A stretch of DNA of 32,000 nt from Synechocystis sp. PCC 6803 substr. PCC-P (GCF_000284455.1 NC_017039.1:2940001-2972000); one strand, 5' to 3'. Counted from the stretch's first letter, positions 1 through 10,388 are shown. The notes: generated by a model from the letters alone, not told the origin. Numbers and translations: made by a program.

Positions 1-669
1 GAGAATACCCGCTAAAATTGCCTGGGTGGCAAAATATCCTTCAAAGGTATCCCGAATTAAATTTTGCAAATCTCTCTGCCAAGGATGGGGAAACCAGCTA
101 AAAATGCCATCCCAAATTTTTTCTCCCCCCAGCACCAGGAAAATGGTCAGCACTAACAGGATCAAGCCATTAATACTGGTGCTAATGGTGACCCCCACTA
201 GCCCCAACAGTTGATTGCCAAAGGAATTGAGAATGCGGCTTAACTTTTCAATTGCCTGACTGATCAGGGGTTGGAGGTCCACCTGGAGATTGGCGTAATG
301 CTCATTGACCCAAGCTTGTAGCATCAGCAGTTGGGCGTTGCCGGAACGGAACCAGCCGGGTAAGTTATCCAGCAGTTGTCCCAATTGGTCGATCGCCAGG
401 GGAATGACGATTAACAGAAAAAGACTGATGACGACCAGGGCAATGAGTAGAACGCTAGCCACCGCCCAGGGTCGTTTGAGACCTTTTTCCACCAAAATTC
501 GGACGGGAATATCTAATAAAAAAGCTAGTAGGGCGGCCGCCACCAACAAACTACTGAGGGGTTGCAAAAAACCCATGGCTTTGTAGATTAACCAACCGTT
601 GAGGAAAAAGAGAGGAAAGAGCAGACTCAGCCGGAGCCAAGGGGGGGATTGTTTCAGTTCTTCCAACAT
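1..669 (-). CDS. AI-2E / PerM family membrane permease, N-terminal part (truncated by window edge)
   Basis: Not in the supplied ORF track. The reverse strand is open from ATG at 669 to base 1: MLEELKQSPPWLRLSLLFPLFFLNGWLIYKAMGFLQPLSSLLVAAALLAFLLDIPVRILVEKGLKRPWAVASVLLIALVVISLFLL...LGGEKIWDGIFSWFPHPWQRDLQNLIRDTFEGYFATQAILAGIL, typical of the family. Confidence 0.82.
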   Translation of the reverse strand, partial: MLEELKQSPPWLRLSLLFPLFFLNGWLIYKAMGFLQPLSSLLVAAALLAFLLDIPVRILVEKGLKRPWAVASVLLIALVVISLFLLIVIPLAIDQLGQLLDNLPGWFRSGNAQLLMLQAWVNEHYANLQVDLQPLISQAIEKLSRILNSFGNQLLGLVGVTISTSINGLILLVLTIFLVLGGEKIWDGIFSWFPHPWQRDLQNLIRDTFEGYFATQAILAGIL

Positions 670-827
670 GGCGGGCGCAGACAGACTATCAACTACGGGG
701 GCAATGTTCACCTTAACCTAGCCAGGGGCATTTGGCGATCGCCGATCGGGGGGTTCAGTTTATTACTGCCAGTTTTCCTAGAAAGATTAAGTAATCCGCC
801 CATTGGGGAAATTTGGCTGAATTGAAG

Positions 828-1562
828 CTAATTTTCTGCCAAAAACCGCTGATAGCTCTCACTTAATTCCTTCACTGCCACTTCATAAAACCGTTGGCCA
901 TGTTCTGGGGTAGCCAGGGCCGGATTGGAGCCCATGCGGCCATCAGAATAATGGGCCCGGAAATCTTGGGCACTATAAATACTATGGCCTGAGGCAACTT
1001 CCGAATTTAACGGCGCAGTTTTAATCGCTTCGGGGTAAACAAATTGGGTTACAGCCACTTCACTGGGGGTGGCGTGGGAACCTTCTTGGTCACTGTAGAG
1101 TTCCTTGGCTAATTGATATACTCCCCTGGCCATGAACCAATTACCCACCTGACAACGGACATCTTGGCCATGGCTGCCCAAATGGTGATAGGTTTCGGAA
1201 AAAGCGGCTTTGAGGGTGGCAATATTTCCCCCATGGCCATTGATGAAGTAAAAACGGCTAAAACCGGCGTTGGCTAAACTACTGACGTAATCCATAACAA
1301 CCTGGATCAGGGTACTGGGACGCAAACTAATACTGCCGGGAAAGGCCAAATGATGCAAAGCCATGCCGACGTTAATGGTTGGCCCCACCATTGCTCCAGT
1401 TGCTTCCCCCACTCCTTTGGCGATCGCCTCCGCACAAATGGCATCGGTACCGATCAGACCAGTGGGGCCGTGCTGTTCCGTAGAACCAATGGGAAAAATA
1501 ATGCCGCTGGAAGACTGTAGATAATTTTCGACTTCGGGCCAGGTGGAGAGGTGCAATTGCAT
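828..1562 (-). CDS. Creatininase / creatinine amidohydrolase family protein
   Basis: ORF of 244 aa with creatininase hallmarks IFPIGSTEQHGPTGLIGTDA, FYFINGHGGN and SEVASGHS/DQEGSHATPSE. Confidence 0.85.
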   Translation of the reverse strand: MQLHLSTWPEVENYLQSSSGIIFPIGSTEQHGPTGLIGTDAICAEAIAKGVGEATGAMVGPTINVGMALHHLAFPGSISLRPSTLIQVVMDYVSSLANAGFSRFYFINGHGGNIATLKAAFSETYHHLGSHGQDVRCQVGNWFMARGVYQLAKELYSDQEGSHATPSEVAVTQFVYPEAIKTAPLNSEVASGHSIYSAQDFRAHYSDGRMGSNPALATPEHGQRFYEVAVKELSESYQRFLAEN

Positions 1563-1597
1563 GGTGGGCTTGGGCTAAATGGGCTAACTAGTTCCAT

Positions 1598-2029
1598 CTA
1601 CCTTAAAACAGGTTCAGAGAAAATAGTTTTACCATTCTTGGTTACCCGTAACTGTTGCCGGTCCACCCAATAGGTATAGGCTCCATTGGTGGCGTAGTAG
1701 GTGCCGCTGTCGGTGATTAGCACATCCATCACATTAATCTGGTCGCCATTGTTTTTATTAACGCCCCGGTAGAAAATTTGTCCGTCGTAGGTTTGGCAAA
1801 TATAGGCTAGATAAGTTTTGGTTTCATAGGCTTCCACCACTTCCGCCCTGGGACAACCTCGAATAATTTCCGCTAGTAACAATTGGGATGGTAATGTTTG
1901 TAACCCAGTTAGCGGAGAGGCGATCGCCGTTGCACTACCAGCTTTTAATGGGATGGGGGCCAGCAAAGTCGTTGCTACTGTCAAAGCCCCAAGCCATCGA
2001 CAACAGTGCCCAAGGTTTGCCCAGACCAT
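1598..2029 (-). CDS. Hypothetical protein with probable signal peptide
   Basis: 143-aa ORF; N-terminal hydrophobic segment (LGALTVATTLLAPIPLKAGSATA); a start further in is possible. No family recognised. Confidence 0.55.
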   Translation of the reverse strand: MVWANLGHCCRWLGALTVATTLLAPIPLKAGSATAIASPLTGLQTLPSQLLLAEIIRGCPRAEVVEAYETKTYLAYICQTYDGQIFYRGVNKNNGDQINVMDVLITDSGTYYATNGAYTYWVDRQQLRVTKNGKTIFSEPVLR

Positions 2030-2099
2030 AACTATTTCCTCAACTGCACAACAACTGAGTCCAGGCTATCAAAAAAAACCTTGCCAATCCGGTTCACAC

Positions 2100-2729
2100 C
2101 TAGTTTCCCAAGGCAATGACCAAATGGCGATCGCCGTCTAAACTGACCTTTCCCTGGGTTTGGAATTCCCCCAGCAGACGGGTGACTGTTACCCTGGTGG
2201 TGCCAATGGCATTGGCTAACATTTGATGGGTGAGCCGCACCGATAAACGCATGCCCCCGGTCCCTGGTTGCCCCAATTCCTGTCCTAGTAAGTTCAGTAG
2301 GCCTTGGAGTCTTTCGTCCACCCGTTTATAACCGGCGATCGCCAGTAGAGCTTCCCTCTGCCTCACCTGCTGTAGGGTCTGGTCAAGCACCAAGCGACAT
2401 AAATTAGCGTTGTTGGTAATCATTTCCAGGGAATAACCCCGCAGATATACATCCGTCAAAGCTCGAATTTGGTAGGTTTCCCGTTGATGGGCACTAAAAT
2501 CTAAGCCCACAAAACTACCGGGTTGGGCCCAACCCATCAGCACCTCATCGCCTCCCAAGGTCCATTGACTGACCTGTAAAATCCCCCGGTAAATTTGCCA
2601 ACACCCCTGGTCTTTGGGCGGAACAACGTCACCCCTTTCATAGAATTGGAGGGGCTGGGAGTCTAAGCCTACTAAGGCACTTAAACCATCGGCGATCGGG
2701 GAACTGTTCACAAACATAAAATCAGGCAA
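2100..2729 (-). CDS. CRP/FNR-type transcriptional regulator
   Basis: 209-aa ORF with N-terminal cyclic-nucleotide-binding-like beta roll and C-terminal HTH ([34 protein letters not shown]). Confidence 0.85.
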
Positions 2730-2897
2730 CCCTCAAAAATCAATCCAGGCGATCGGGCTTAGTTCCCATTGGTCAAGCATCTTGTTTGCATTACCCAAGC
2801 ATGACTCCCATTGGGCCAGATCTCCCCCAAAGTCAGCATAACCCTTCCCCGCAATTCCCAGGTAAAGGCAAAGTTAACAACTAAAAATGTCCACTTC

Positions 2898-3965
2898 CTA
2901 AGACTGGGCCGCACAAACCGCCGCGCCAATTAGGCCAACTTTGGCGTTGAGTACCACCTGTACGGGAATTGTCCCCATTAAGCTTTGCATCCTGCCTTTG
3001 TCGCTAAAGCCTTGCATAAAACTGCCCTTTTCCAGTAAAGGGATAATTTTGGGGGCAATACCACCGGCAACGTACAAACCACCTCTGGGTAGTAGCTTCA
3101 AAGCAAGATTTCCTGCCTCTGCTCCATAGGCCCCGAGAAAAAGTTCCATGGCTTGGTCAGCCAATACATCTGTGCCTTCCAGGGCGGCTTGGGATACGGC
3201 GGCGGCCAGATCGACGGTTTTGGTTTCTTGGTCCTTTTCTCGATTCCAGGTTTGGTAGAGTTTGCTGAATTGGGCTGATTCCCGTTCTGGGTATTGGTGC
3301 CGCAAAAATTCGTAAATCATGGCGATGCCCATGCCGGATACCACCCGTTCAATGGAAATCCGCCCTAGGGAATACTTCTTTTTGAGATACTCCAATAACT
3401 GCCATTCCAAAGGCGATCGGGGGGCAAAGTCACCGTGGGCTCCTTCGGAGGCAAAAACTCGATATCTTCCTTGGCCCTGGGGAATTACGTAGCATTGTCC
3501 CAAGCCGGTGCCTGCTCCCAATATGGCGATCGCCCCTGACGGATCCACGGGAGCGGCCTGGAGTACGGTTAAATCCTCTGACCCTAGCCCTAAAATGCCG
3601 TAACCCACAGCGGCAAAATCATTGATGAGGTCAACCTGGGCAATGGCCAATTCCTGGGCCAGGCGATCGCCGCTGAGATGCCAATCTAAATTAGTGAGGC
3701 GACAGGTGTTATCGATCACAGGGCCGGCAATGGCGAAACAGGCCTTAGCAACGGAGATTGGGTTACCCAACACAAAGGCTGCTTCTTGACGGAATTGTTG
3801 CACCATGGGCACCAGATCGGGAAAAGCTGGACTGCTGTAGGTCTGTTCAAACAGAGTCACCGGCCGGGCCAACCCTGGGCTACTCTCGTTTATCGTCACC
3901 AGGGCCAGAATCGTTTTAGTGCCGCCGATATCCCCTGCCAAAAAATTTACGCCCATGGCCCCCAT
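2898..3965 (-). CDS. glk: Glucokinase
   Basis: 355-aa ORF: LAGDIGGTKT phosphate-binding motif, AFAVAGPV-like FAIAGPVIDN, LTNLDW, GAGTGLGQ, ASEGAHGDFAPR. Alternative start at the second Met (3956). Confidence 0.92.
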   Translation of the reverse strand: MGAMGVNFLAGDIGGTKTILALVTINESSPGLARPVTLFEQTYSSPAFPDLVPMVQQFRQEAAFVLGNPISVAKACFAIAGPVIDNTCRLTNLDWHLSGDRLAQELAIAQVDLINDFAAVGYGILGLGSEDLTVLQAAPVDPSGAIAILGAGTGLGQCYVIPQGQGRYRVFASEGAHGDFAPRSPLEWQLLEYLKKKYSLGRISIERVVSGMGIAMIYEFLRHQYPERESAQFSKLYQTWNREKDQETKTVDLAAAVSQAALEGTDVLADQAMELFLGAYGAEAGNLALKLLPRGGLYVAGGIAPKIIPLLEKGSFMQGFSDKGRMQSLMGTIPVQVVLNAKVGLIGAAVCAAQS

Positions 3966-4171
3966 GGCCCCAAAGCCATTGAAAAACTACACAAAATCCT
4001 GTCTTTTAGCAGTTTAGGTCACCGAGGAAAGGGTCACCAAGCAAAAAGCTAAAATTCTCCCGTTTCAGCAAGTTTTAGCAACTTTAGGAGAGCAGTTCCT
4101 CCACCTGGGCCAGAGGAAATTAACCGTTAAATGGGTTACGATCAAAGCTGTTTTCCCTTTAGGTTTCGTCC

Positions 4172-5914
4172 ATGGCCGCCCCCAGCGTCAAGCAGTTACT
4201 TCGTTATTTAACTCCCCATTGGCGGGCGATCGGAGCTGGAACCTTTGCGCTATTTTTGGCCAATGCCCTGGGGGTTTACATTCCCATTTTGATGCGGGAT
4301 AGTATTGACGATTTAATGCCCCCCTTTGAGGCATCGGACGTAGCTCGCATTGTGGTGCTAATTGTTGTTCTCGCTTCCCTAATGTGGTTTATCCGCATGG
4401 CCTCCCGCATTCTAATTTTTGGGGTGGGAAGACAGGTGGAATACGAGCTCAAACAGAAAATTTTTGACCATCTGCTCAAGTTAGAGCCCCTCTATTTCAC
4501 CGAAAATACCATTGGGGATTTGATTAACCGGGCCACCAGCGATGTGGATAATATTCGTCGCTTGGTGGGTTTTGCGGTGTTGAGTTTGATCAACACTGTT
4601 TTTGCCTATGCCCTGACTATCCCGGCCATGTTTGCCCTCCACATTCCCCTCACCTTGTTGGCGGTTTCTGTTTATCCGCTGATGCTGATGAGTGTCAATC
4701 TTTTCAGCGGTAAGTTGCGAGATTATCAATTGGAGGTGCAGGAAGAGTTGTCTGCCCTGAGCGAACTGGTGCAAGAGGATATGAGCGGCATTAGTTTAAT
4801 CAAAATTTATTCCCAGGAAGATAACGAACGACAGGCTTTTCAGACGAGAAACCAAAAATTGCTCCAGGCAAACCTGAAGCTGGCCCGCATTAGAAATTTT
4901 CTTTTTCCCCTCATTGAGGGTCTGGCTTACCTCAGTTTGCTCATTTTGCTGGCCTTTGGCACTGGCTTAATTCAAGATGGCAGTATCACCATTGGGGACT
5001 TCATTGCCCTGATCATTTTGGTGGAACGGTTGGTATTTCCCACTGCCCTACTTGGTTTTACCATCACCGCCTACCAACGGGGAGAAGTGAGCATTCAACG
5101 GGTGGAAGCTATTTTCCATACCACTCCGAAAATTTTAACGGTGCCCCAACCTCTGCCCTTTAGTCCGGCTCAGGCCACCGGAAAAATCACCGCCCGCGGC
5201 CTGAACTATTGCTACCCTGGTAGCGACCTGCCAGCGTTGGAGCAAGTGGACTTTACTGTTTATCCTGGAGAAATGGTGGCCATTGTGGGGCCTATCGGTT
5301 CCGGTAAATCTACGTTGGTTAATGTTTTACCCCGTTTGTTGGATATTGCCCCTGGTCAGGTGTTCATTGATGACTACGACATCACCCAAATTGCCCTCAG
5401 CGATTTACGCTCGGCGATCGCCTTTGTGCCCCAGGAAAGTTTTTTGTTCAGCACCACCATTGCCGAAAACATTGCTTACAGTGATCCTAGTCAAACTGAC
5501 ACGGCGATCGAGCAGGCGGCCCACCAGGCCCATTTAGACCAGGAAATTGCTAACTTTCCCCAACATTACCAAACCCTAGTGGGGGAAAGAGGCATCACCC
5601 TGTCCGGTGGCCAAAGACAGCGGGCTGCCCTAGCCAGAGCTTTAATTCTTGATGCTCCCCTGTTGGTGCTAGACGATGCCCTTTCCAGCGTGGATAACCA
5701 GACCGCCACCCGCATTTTGCATTACCTGGCCCGCCGCAATAACACGGTACTCTTTGTTTCCCATCAACTTTCCGCCGCTGCCCAAGCGGACCGCATTTTT
5801 GTCATGGACCATGGCCGCATTGTCCAAACGGGCAGCCATGAAGAACTACTGCAACAGTCAGGACTTTATCAATCCCTGTGGCAACAAAATGAGTTAGAAA
5901 AGGTTTTAAGTTGA
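4172..5914 (+). CDS. ABC transporter, fused transmembrane and ATP-binding domains (exporter type)
   Basis: 580-aa ORF with N-terminal TM domain and NBD: Walker A GPIGSGKST, signature LSGGQRQRAALARAL, Walker B LLVLDDALSSVD. Confidence 0.95.
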   Translation: MAAPSVKQLLRYLTPHWRAIGAGTFALFLANALGVYIPILMRDSIDDLMPPFEASDVARIVVLIVVLASLMWFIRMASRILIFGVGRQVEYELKQKIFDHLLKLEPLYFTENTIGDLINRATSDVDNIRRLVGFAVLSLINTVFAYALTIPAMFALHIPLTLLAVSVYPLMLMSVNLFSGKLRDYQLEVQEELSALSELVQEDMSGISLIKIYSQEDNERQAFQTRNQKLLQANLKLARIRNFLFPLIEGLAYLSLLILLAFGTGLIQDGSITIGDFIALIILVERLVFPTALLGFTITAYQRGEVSIQRVEAIFHTTPKILTVPQPLPFSPAQATGKITARGLNYCYPGSDLPALEQVDFTVYPGEMVAIVGPIGSGKSTLVNVLPRLLDIAPGQVFIDDYDITQIALSDLRSAIAFVPQESFLFSTTIAENIAYSDPSQTDTAIEQAAHQAHLDQEIANFPQHYQTLVGERGITLSGGQRQRAALARALILDAPLLVLDDALSSVDNQTATRILHYLARRNNTVLFVSHQLSAAAQADRIFVMDHGRIVQTGSHEELLQQSGLYQSLWQQNELEKVLS

Positions 5915-6390
5915 GTTGGATCTAAAAATGGGTTGCGCATACCCCGCAGCTTGCTGCGATTGGGTCTTTCACTGAATAAAGCTATTTTTAAGGTAATTAT
6001 AATTAGATAGAGTTCTAGTCATCTTTCCACATAAATAGTACCATCTTTATCGGTTGTAATTCTTCTCTTTATTCATATCCATTGATAGAGCTGTAATTTT
6101 TTCCCTGGCTCTATTGTAGAAGCACTATTGTACTATCCAATCAGGAAGTTTGCGTTATCTCCGTTCCTTTAAGGATTGGAATCGGCTCTCATTCTAATGA
6201 TCCTGGCGATCGCCACTAGAGCCAATCATATTATTTCAACAACAAATTATTATGGTATTTAATAACTAATATAGGTGATTGATCTAGGGATGGCGTTTTG
6301 TATCCAATTACACAGTTTATTATTTTTTACAAAGATTCATGGCTCAACTTAGGCCCTCTGGACCTTTGCTAATAGATTTTCATACTCCTC

Positions 6391-7647
6391 ATGTCTGAAC
6401 CGAAACCAAGCCAGCCTAATTTTTCCCATTTGGAGGAAGCGGACTACACCGGGAGAATGCGACAGCACGATCGCCTCTTTGGATTGCTGGCCATTGCCGC
6501 CGGGTTAATTTTCCTGCAAGGGTACATGATTGCGCCCTTGATTCCCCGTTTAGCAGAAATTTTTGACGTATCTGCTCAGGAAATTGGCTTCATTGTGCCC
6601 GCCTACATGTTGGCCTATGCCCTAGCGGCGCTTTTTTATGGCATTTTGTCGGACCGTTTTGGCCGTTGGCCCGTCATCCAAATTTCAATCATAGTATTTA
6701 TTACCTGTACCGCTTTAACTGCTACTGCTCAAACTGCAGCTCAGATGACCTTTTGGCGATTACTGACAGGACTTGGGGCCAGCGGCGTGATTCCCCTCAC
6801 CTTTGCCCTCATTGGCGACATGTTTCCCTACAACCAACGGGGGGCAAAATTAGGGCTGGTGTTTGCGGCGATGGAGGGGGGCATGGCTGCCGGTTCCGCC
6901 GGGGGGGCAATTTTAGAACCCTTTCTTGGTTGGCAATTGTTGTTTATTGGCACTGCCACTGCGCCCGTGATTGTGCTCTGGCGACTGCGACGCTACGGGG
7001 CTTTGTTCGATGCCCCCAAAGCAACCAAGATCCCTGCCCTGGCAACGGTGTTTGCTGGCTATTGGGCCGTACTGTCTAATTTTCGTGGCATGCGCACCTA
7101 TGGCTACGTGCTTTGCAATGGTATTTACCACTCTGGAGTGTACACTTGGCTTGGCCTTTACCTGTCCCAACGCTACGAAATGGATACCCTTAGCATTGGC
7201 CTCAATATTCTAGGTTATGGTGTCCCAGGACTGATTTTTAGCCCATTAATCGGTAAAGCAGTGGATCGTTGGGGACGACGCTGGTTAATTCCTCCCGGTT
7301 TGGCTATGGCGGCGATCGCCGGTTTGACTATGGTTCCTTTTATTCCCCCCCTCGCCGTTACCATGGCAATTCTGGTCATGTCCCTGGGCTACGACCTGAC
7401 TCAACCTTTGTTTGTGGGCATTGTGACCGATTTGGCGGAAGAAGATACTTTGGGGCAAACCATGGGGCTAAAGGTGTTTACTTTATTCACCGGCTTTGGG
7501 ATTGGCAGTTGGTTGTTTGGGGAAGTGCTCCATTGGGGTTTTGAAGTGGCACTGGTGGCTTTTGGCGTCATGCAATTGCTGTCGGCGATCGCCGCCATTC
7601 CCCTCTTTTGGAATGAAAAACCCAGCCCCATCAATGTCAGTGCCTGA
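6391..7647 (+). CDS. Major facilitator superfamily transporter
   Basis: 418-aa hydrophobic ORF, about 12 TM segments, MFS loop motif YGILSDRFGRWPVI and central GKAVDRWGRRWLI. Confidence 0.9.
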   Translation: MSEPKPSQPNFSHLEEADYTGRMRQHDRLFGLLAIAAGLIFLQGYMIAPLIPRLAEIFDVSAQEIGFIVPAYMLAYALAALFYGILSDRFGRWPVIQISIIVFITCTALTATAQTAAQMTFWRLLTGLGASGVIPLTFALIGDMFPYNQRGAKLGLVFAAMEGGMAAGSAGGAILEPFLGWQLLFIGTATAPVIVLWRLRRYGALFDAPKATKIPALATVFAGYWAVLSNFRGMRTYGYVLCNGIYHSGVYTWLGLYLSQRYEMDTLSIGLNILGYGVPGLIFSPLIGKAVDRWGRRWLIPPGLAMAAIAGLTMVPFIPPLAVTMAILVMSLGYDLTQPLFVGIVTDLAEEDTLGQTMGLKVFTLFTGFGIGSWLFGEVLHWGFEVALVAFGVMQLLSAIAAIPLFWNEKPSPINVSA

Positions 7648-7934
7648 TCCAGGCGATCGTCATTTGCCCGTTTTTGCCTCCAATGTCACGATTTGTGAAC
7701 TTATTCCCGTACTTTGTGCCAGCATTGCTCAATTTTGTTAAAGTCGATACAGATTTTATTCGTTTTATTTCTTTCTGATTTGCTCGGGAATGAAAATTTT
7801 GGGGAAATTGCCAGGGATTTTGTCACTTTTATGGCGACACCGTCTGGCCGCAGTGTAATTAAGTACAATTCCGTCCCTCACAAGTCCTGAGTCGAGAAAG
7901 CATAAAACCTTTTGAGCAATATGGAGGACCGCTG

Positions 7935-8171
7935 ATGAATACCACATCTCCCATTGACTGGGATGAAATGTTTGAGTATTTGCCGGGGACAATAGTAGAA
8001 CTCAAATCCGAACCGGGGGTTTTATATCAAATTGACTGTTACGAAACCAGTATGGTGCCCCCCATTTGGTTAGTGGGAAATCCCCGGCCACGCTATCCTC
8101 ATCAAATGCGGATTGTGTCACGCCAGCAGGTTAAAGCTTGTGAATTGGAGCTTGAACCATCCCTTGCCTAG
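7935..8171 (+). CDS. Small hypothetical protein
   Basis: 78-aa ORF MNTTSPIDWDEMFEYLPGTIVELKSEPGVLYQIDCYETS..., with non-repetitive, protein-like composition. No family recognised. Confidence 0.5.
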   Translation: MNTTSPIDWDEMFEYLPGTIVELKSEPGVLYQIDCYETSMVPPIWLVGNPRPRYPHQMRIVSRQQVKACELELEPSLA

Positions 8172-8443
8172 GGTTAATACACTTTTTTATTGTCTCCCAG
8201 AAAGACGGAGCATTCGGCTGCGTATTCCCCTGAATTGTTTTGGGGAAGGGAGACTTTCCGATCTTGCTAATTCTGTCTGATCCGTTGAAAAAAGAAAGTT
8301 GGGATAGGTAGGCTTGGGTAAGTAAATTAAGAATAGTTTTGCTTCTTCACACAGAGTTAAAACCTTGACCTATTTTTCCTTGCAACATAGAAGCTTTCTT
8401 GATTTTATTAAGGACTATAAAAAAGATATTCGTATTATCTACT

Positions 8444-8476
8444 AGAGATTATTAATAGAGATTATTAATAGAGATT
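8444..8476. repeat. Short tandem repeat, 13-bp unit x ~2.5
   Basis: AGAGATTATTAAT (8444-8456), AGAGATTATTAAT (8457-8469), AGAGATT (8470-8476). Confidence 0.85.
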
Positions 8477-8926
8477 TTGGAACCATAACTTAAAATAAGA
8501 GAAGGTGTGTTTAGTGATTTTATTCTTATTCTCTATCCCAATAAAAAATTGAATACACTAGGGTTTCAAAATTCACTAAGTTCAAATAAAATTATTCACT
8601 ATTTTAAAGCATTTATTTGACCTGAGAGTCTGTTTGAAAAGCTTCCCTGCCCTCCAAATTTAGGGGGAGAACTGATTGAAAGTCCCCCAGTATTGCCGGA
8701 GCTTTAGTGAGGAGATTTAGGGGGCGGAATAAAACTTTGCAAACACGTTCTTAAAAACAGTGATATTTATTTTAATTCCACAGTAATTTGGCGTAGTCGA
8801 AGATAAAAAATATTGGCAAAGTGTCAAGTTAAGATAGGCTTGACAATCAAGATAATTATCAAAGGTTTAGTTGCCGACATTCATCTGTTACTAGGAGCTA
8901 GCAAAAAATGCAGGTAATTCAAGGCC

Positions 8927-10282
8927 ATGATTAACGGAAAGCCCCAACCTCTCCTTACTAGAGTGGGCACATGGACTGTTGGGGGACTTTTGGGGGGTTT
9001 AATTGGTTCTCTAGCCGCAGTAATGCTGACGGAATCAATTAAACAAACTCTCAGTGTTATTTCTGGATTGGACCCCATCTGGTTATTGCTCATTCCCTTA
9101 TTCGGTGTTGCTTTGGCCGTACTTGTCCTGTTTGGATTGGGTAAGGGTCAGCCTGTGCAAACCGTAGCGCCCCGGGAGGCCAATACCCCTGGTCGTTGGG
9201 GCTCTTTGCTGTCCTGGTATTCTTTTCCCCATGACATTGCCCGAGCCGATCTGACTGGCGATGTGGTGAATGCATCCGGGGTGGAAGAGCGCTTCCCCTG
9301 GAATTTAGCGCCATTGCGGGCCATTGCCATCCTTTCTACTGTGGGGTTTGGGGCTCCCATGGGAACGGAATCGCCAGCGGCCCATATTGGTTTTGCAACG
9401 GGAACTTGGTTGGGTAGTGTCAATTCAGCACTGCGCCCCTTGGTGCGACCTTTGGCGATCGGTGGCGGTGCGGCCAGTGTGTCCGCCCTAATGGGGATAC
9501 CGTTGGTGGGCAGTTTTTTTATGTTTGAGTTGAGTGGACGACGGCAGATCCCGTTGACCCCAGAGCGGGGAGCGGCAATGTTGGCTGGCGGCCTGGTGGG
9601 CTGGGGCATTAATGTTGCTTTTAATTTGCAATTGATCCGGCTTGTGGTGCCCAAGGTGCCTCCGGCGGATCTTTGGAATGCCATGGGTGCGACTCTGTTT
9701 ATCGGGGTGGTCACAGGTACAATTACAGCGCTGACGGGGGAAGCGATCTACTGGGCCAGAGGCCTGCGGACTAAACCTGCCATTCGCCTTCTGGCCGGTA
9801 GTTTGGCAATGTTATTACTGGCAGTGGCGATCGCCCAAATTGCTACTCCGGCGGCGGCGTTTGGTCCTGGGGGAGCAGCCATAGTCTGGGCGGAAAATAT
9901 TGAAACAACTCCCTATCACCTGCTGGCCGTGGCCATACTCCGGGCCGCTTCCACCACGGCGGCGGTTTTAGCTGGGGGGTGTGGCGGTGTTTTTGTTCCT
10001 TTTTTGGCGATCGGGGACCTGACTGGTCGGGTATTTGCCACCATATTTGGAATCTCGGGAGATTTGGCTGGGGCTGCCGGGGCCGCTGCTGGCATTGCCG
10101 GTGGCTATCGACTACCGTTAACTGCGGTGGCGATGGTGCTAGGGGTGGGAGGGCCAGAAACAGCCCAAATAACATGCCTGGGCACAGTGGTGATCGCCGC
10201 CTTTTCGGGATTACTGGCCGCACGCTTAGCCAATCAAGTTTCTAGTGCCATACGAACCATCGGCGCCAGAAATCACGGCTAG
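8927..10282 (+). CDS. ClC-type chloride channel/transporter family protein (divergent)
   Basis: 451-aa membrane protein; GTESPAAHIGFATG aligns with the ClC G(K/R)EGP motif and GGCGGVFVPFLAIGDLTG with the GxFxP motif. Confidence 0.82.
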   Translation: MINGKPQPLLTRVGTWTVGGLLGGLIGSLAAVMLTESIKQTLSVISGLDPIWLLLIPLFGVALAVLVLFGLGKGQPVQTVAPREANTPGRWGSLLSWYSFPHDIARADLTGDVVNASGVEERFPWNLAPLRAIAILSTVGFGAPMGTESPAAHIGFATGTWLGSVNSALRPLVRPLAIGGGAASVSALMGIPLVGSFFMFELSGRRQIPLTPERGAAMLAGGLVGWGINVAFNLQLIRLVVPKVPPADLWNAMGATLFIGVVTGTITALTGEAIYWARGLRTKPAIRLLAGSLAMLLLAVAIAQIATPAAAFGPGGAAIVWAENIETTPYHLLAVAILRAASTTAAVLAGGCGGVFVPFLAIGDLTGRVFATIFGISGDLAGAAGAAAGIAGGYRLPLTAVAMVLGVGGPETAQITCLGTVVIAAFSGLLAARLANQVSSAIRTIGARNHG

Positions 10283-10388
10283 GAAACGGAGACTGAGAGT
10301 GAGTTGAAAAAGTCGAACTGAGGAAATTTATCTTCCTTTTGAAGGGAAATTTTGCCGACATTTTTTCCCGGGTGAGGGGATTGGGGAT

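Noticed and set aside
4276-4774. Minus-strand ORFs 4276..4479 and 4481..4774 opposite the ABC transporter
   Set aside because: Antisense shadows of a long well-supported coding frame; low-complexity, Q/H-rich translation with no domain.
6666-7213. Overlapping ORFs 6666..7079, 6913..7170 and 6971..7213 inside the MFS gene
   Set aside because: Alternative-frame readings of a clear MFS protein; no independent coding signal.
7765-7992. Minus-strand ORF of 75 aa
   Set aside because: Overlaps the start of the better plus-strand ORF 7935..8171; composition is not convincing and no family is evident. I could not exclude it formally.
9090-10223. Several minus-strand ORFs opposite the ClC-like gene
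   Set aside because: Pro/Arg-rich antisense translations of a GC-rich membrane protein gene.
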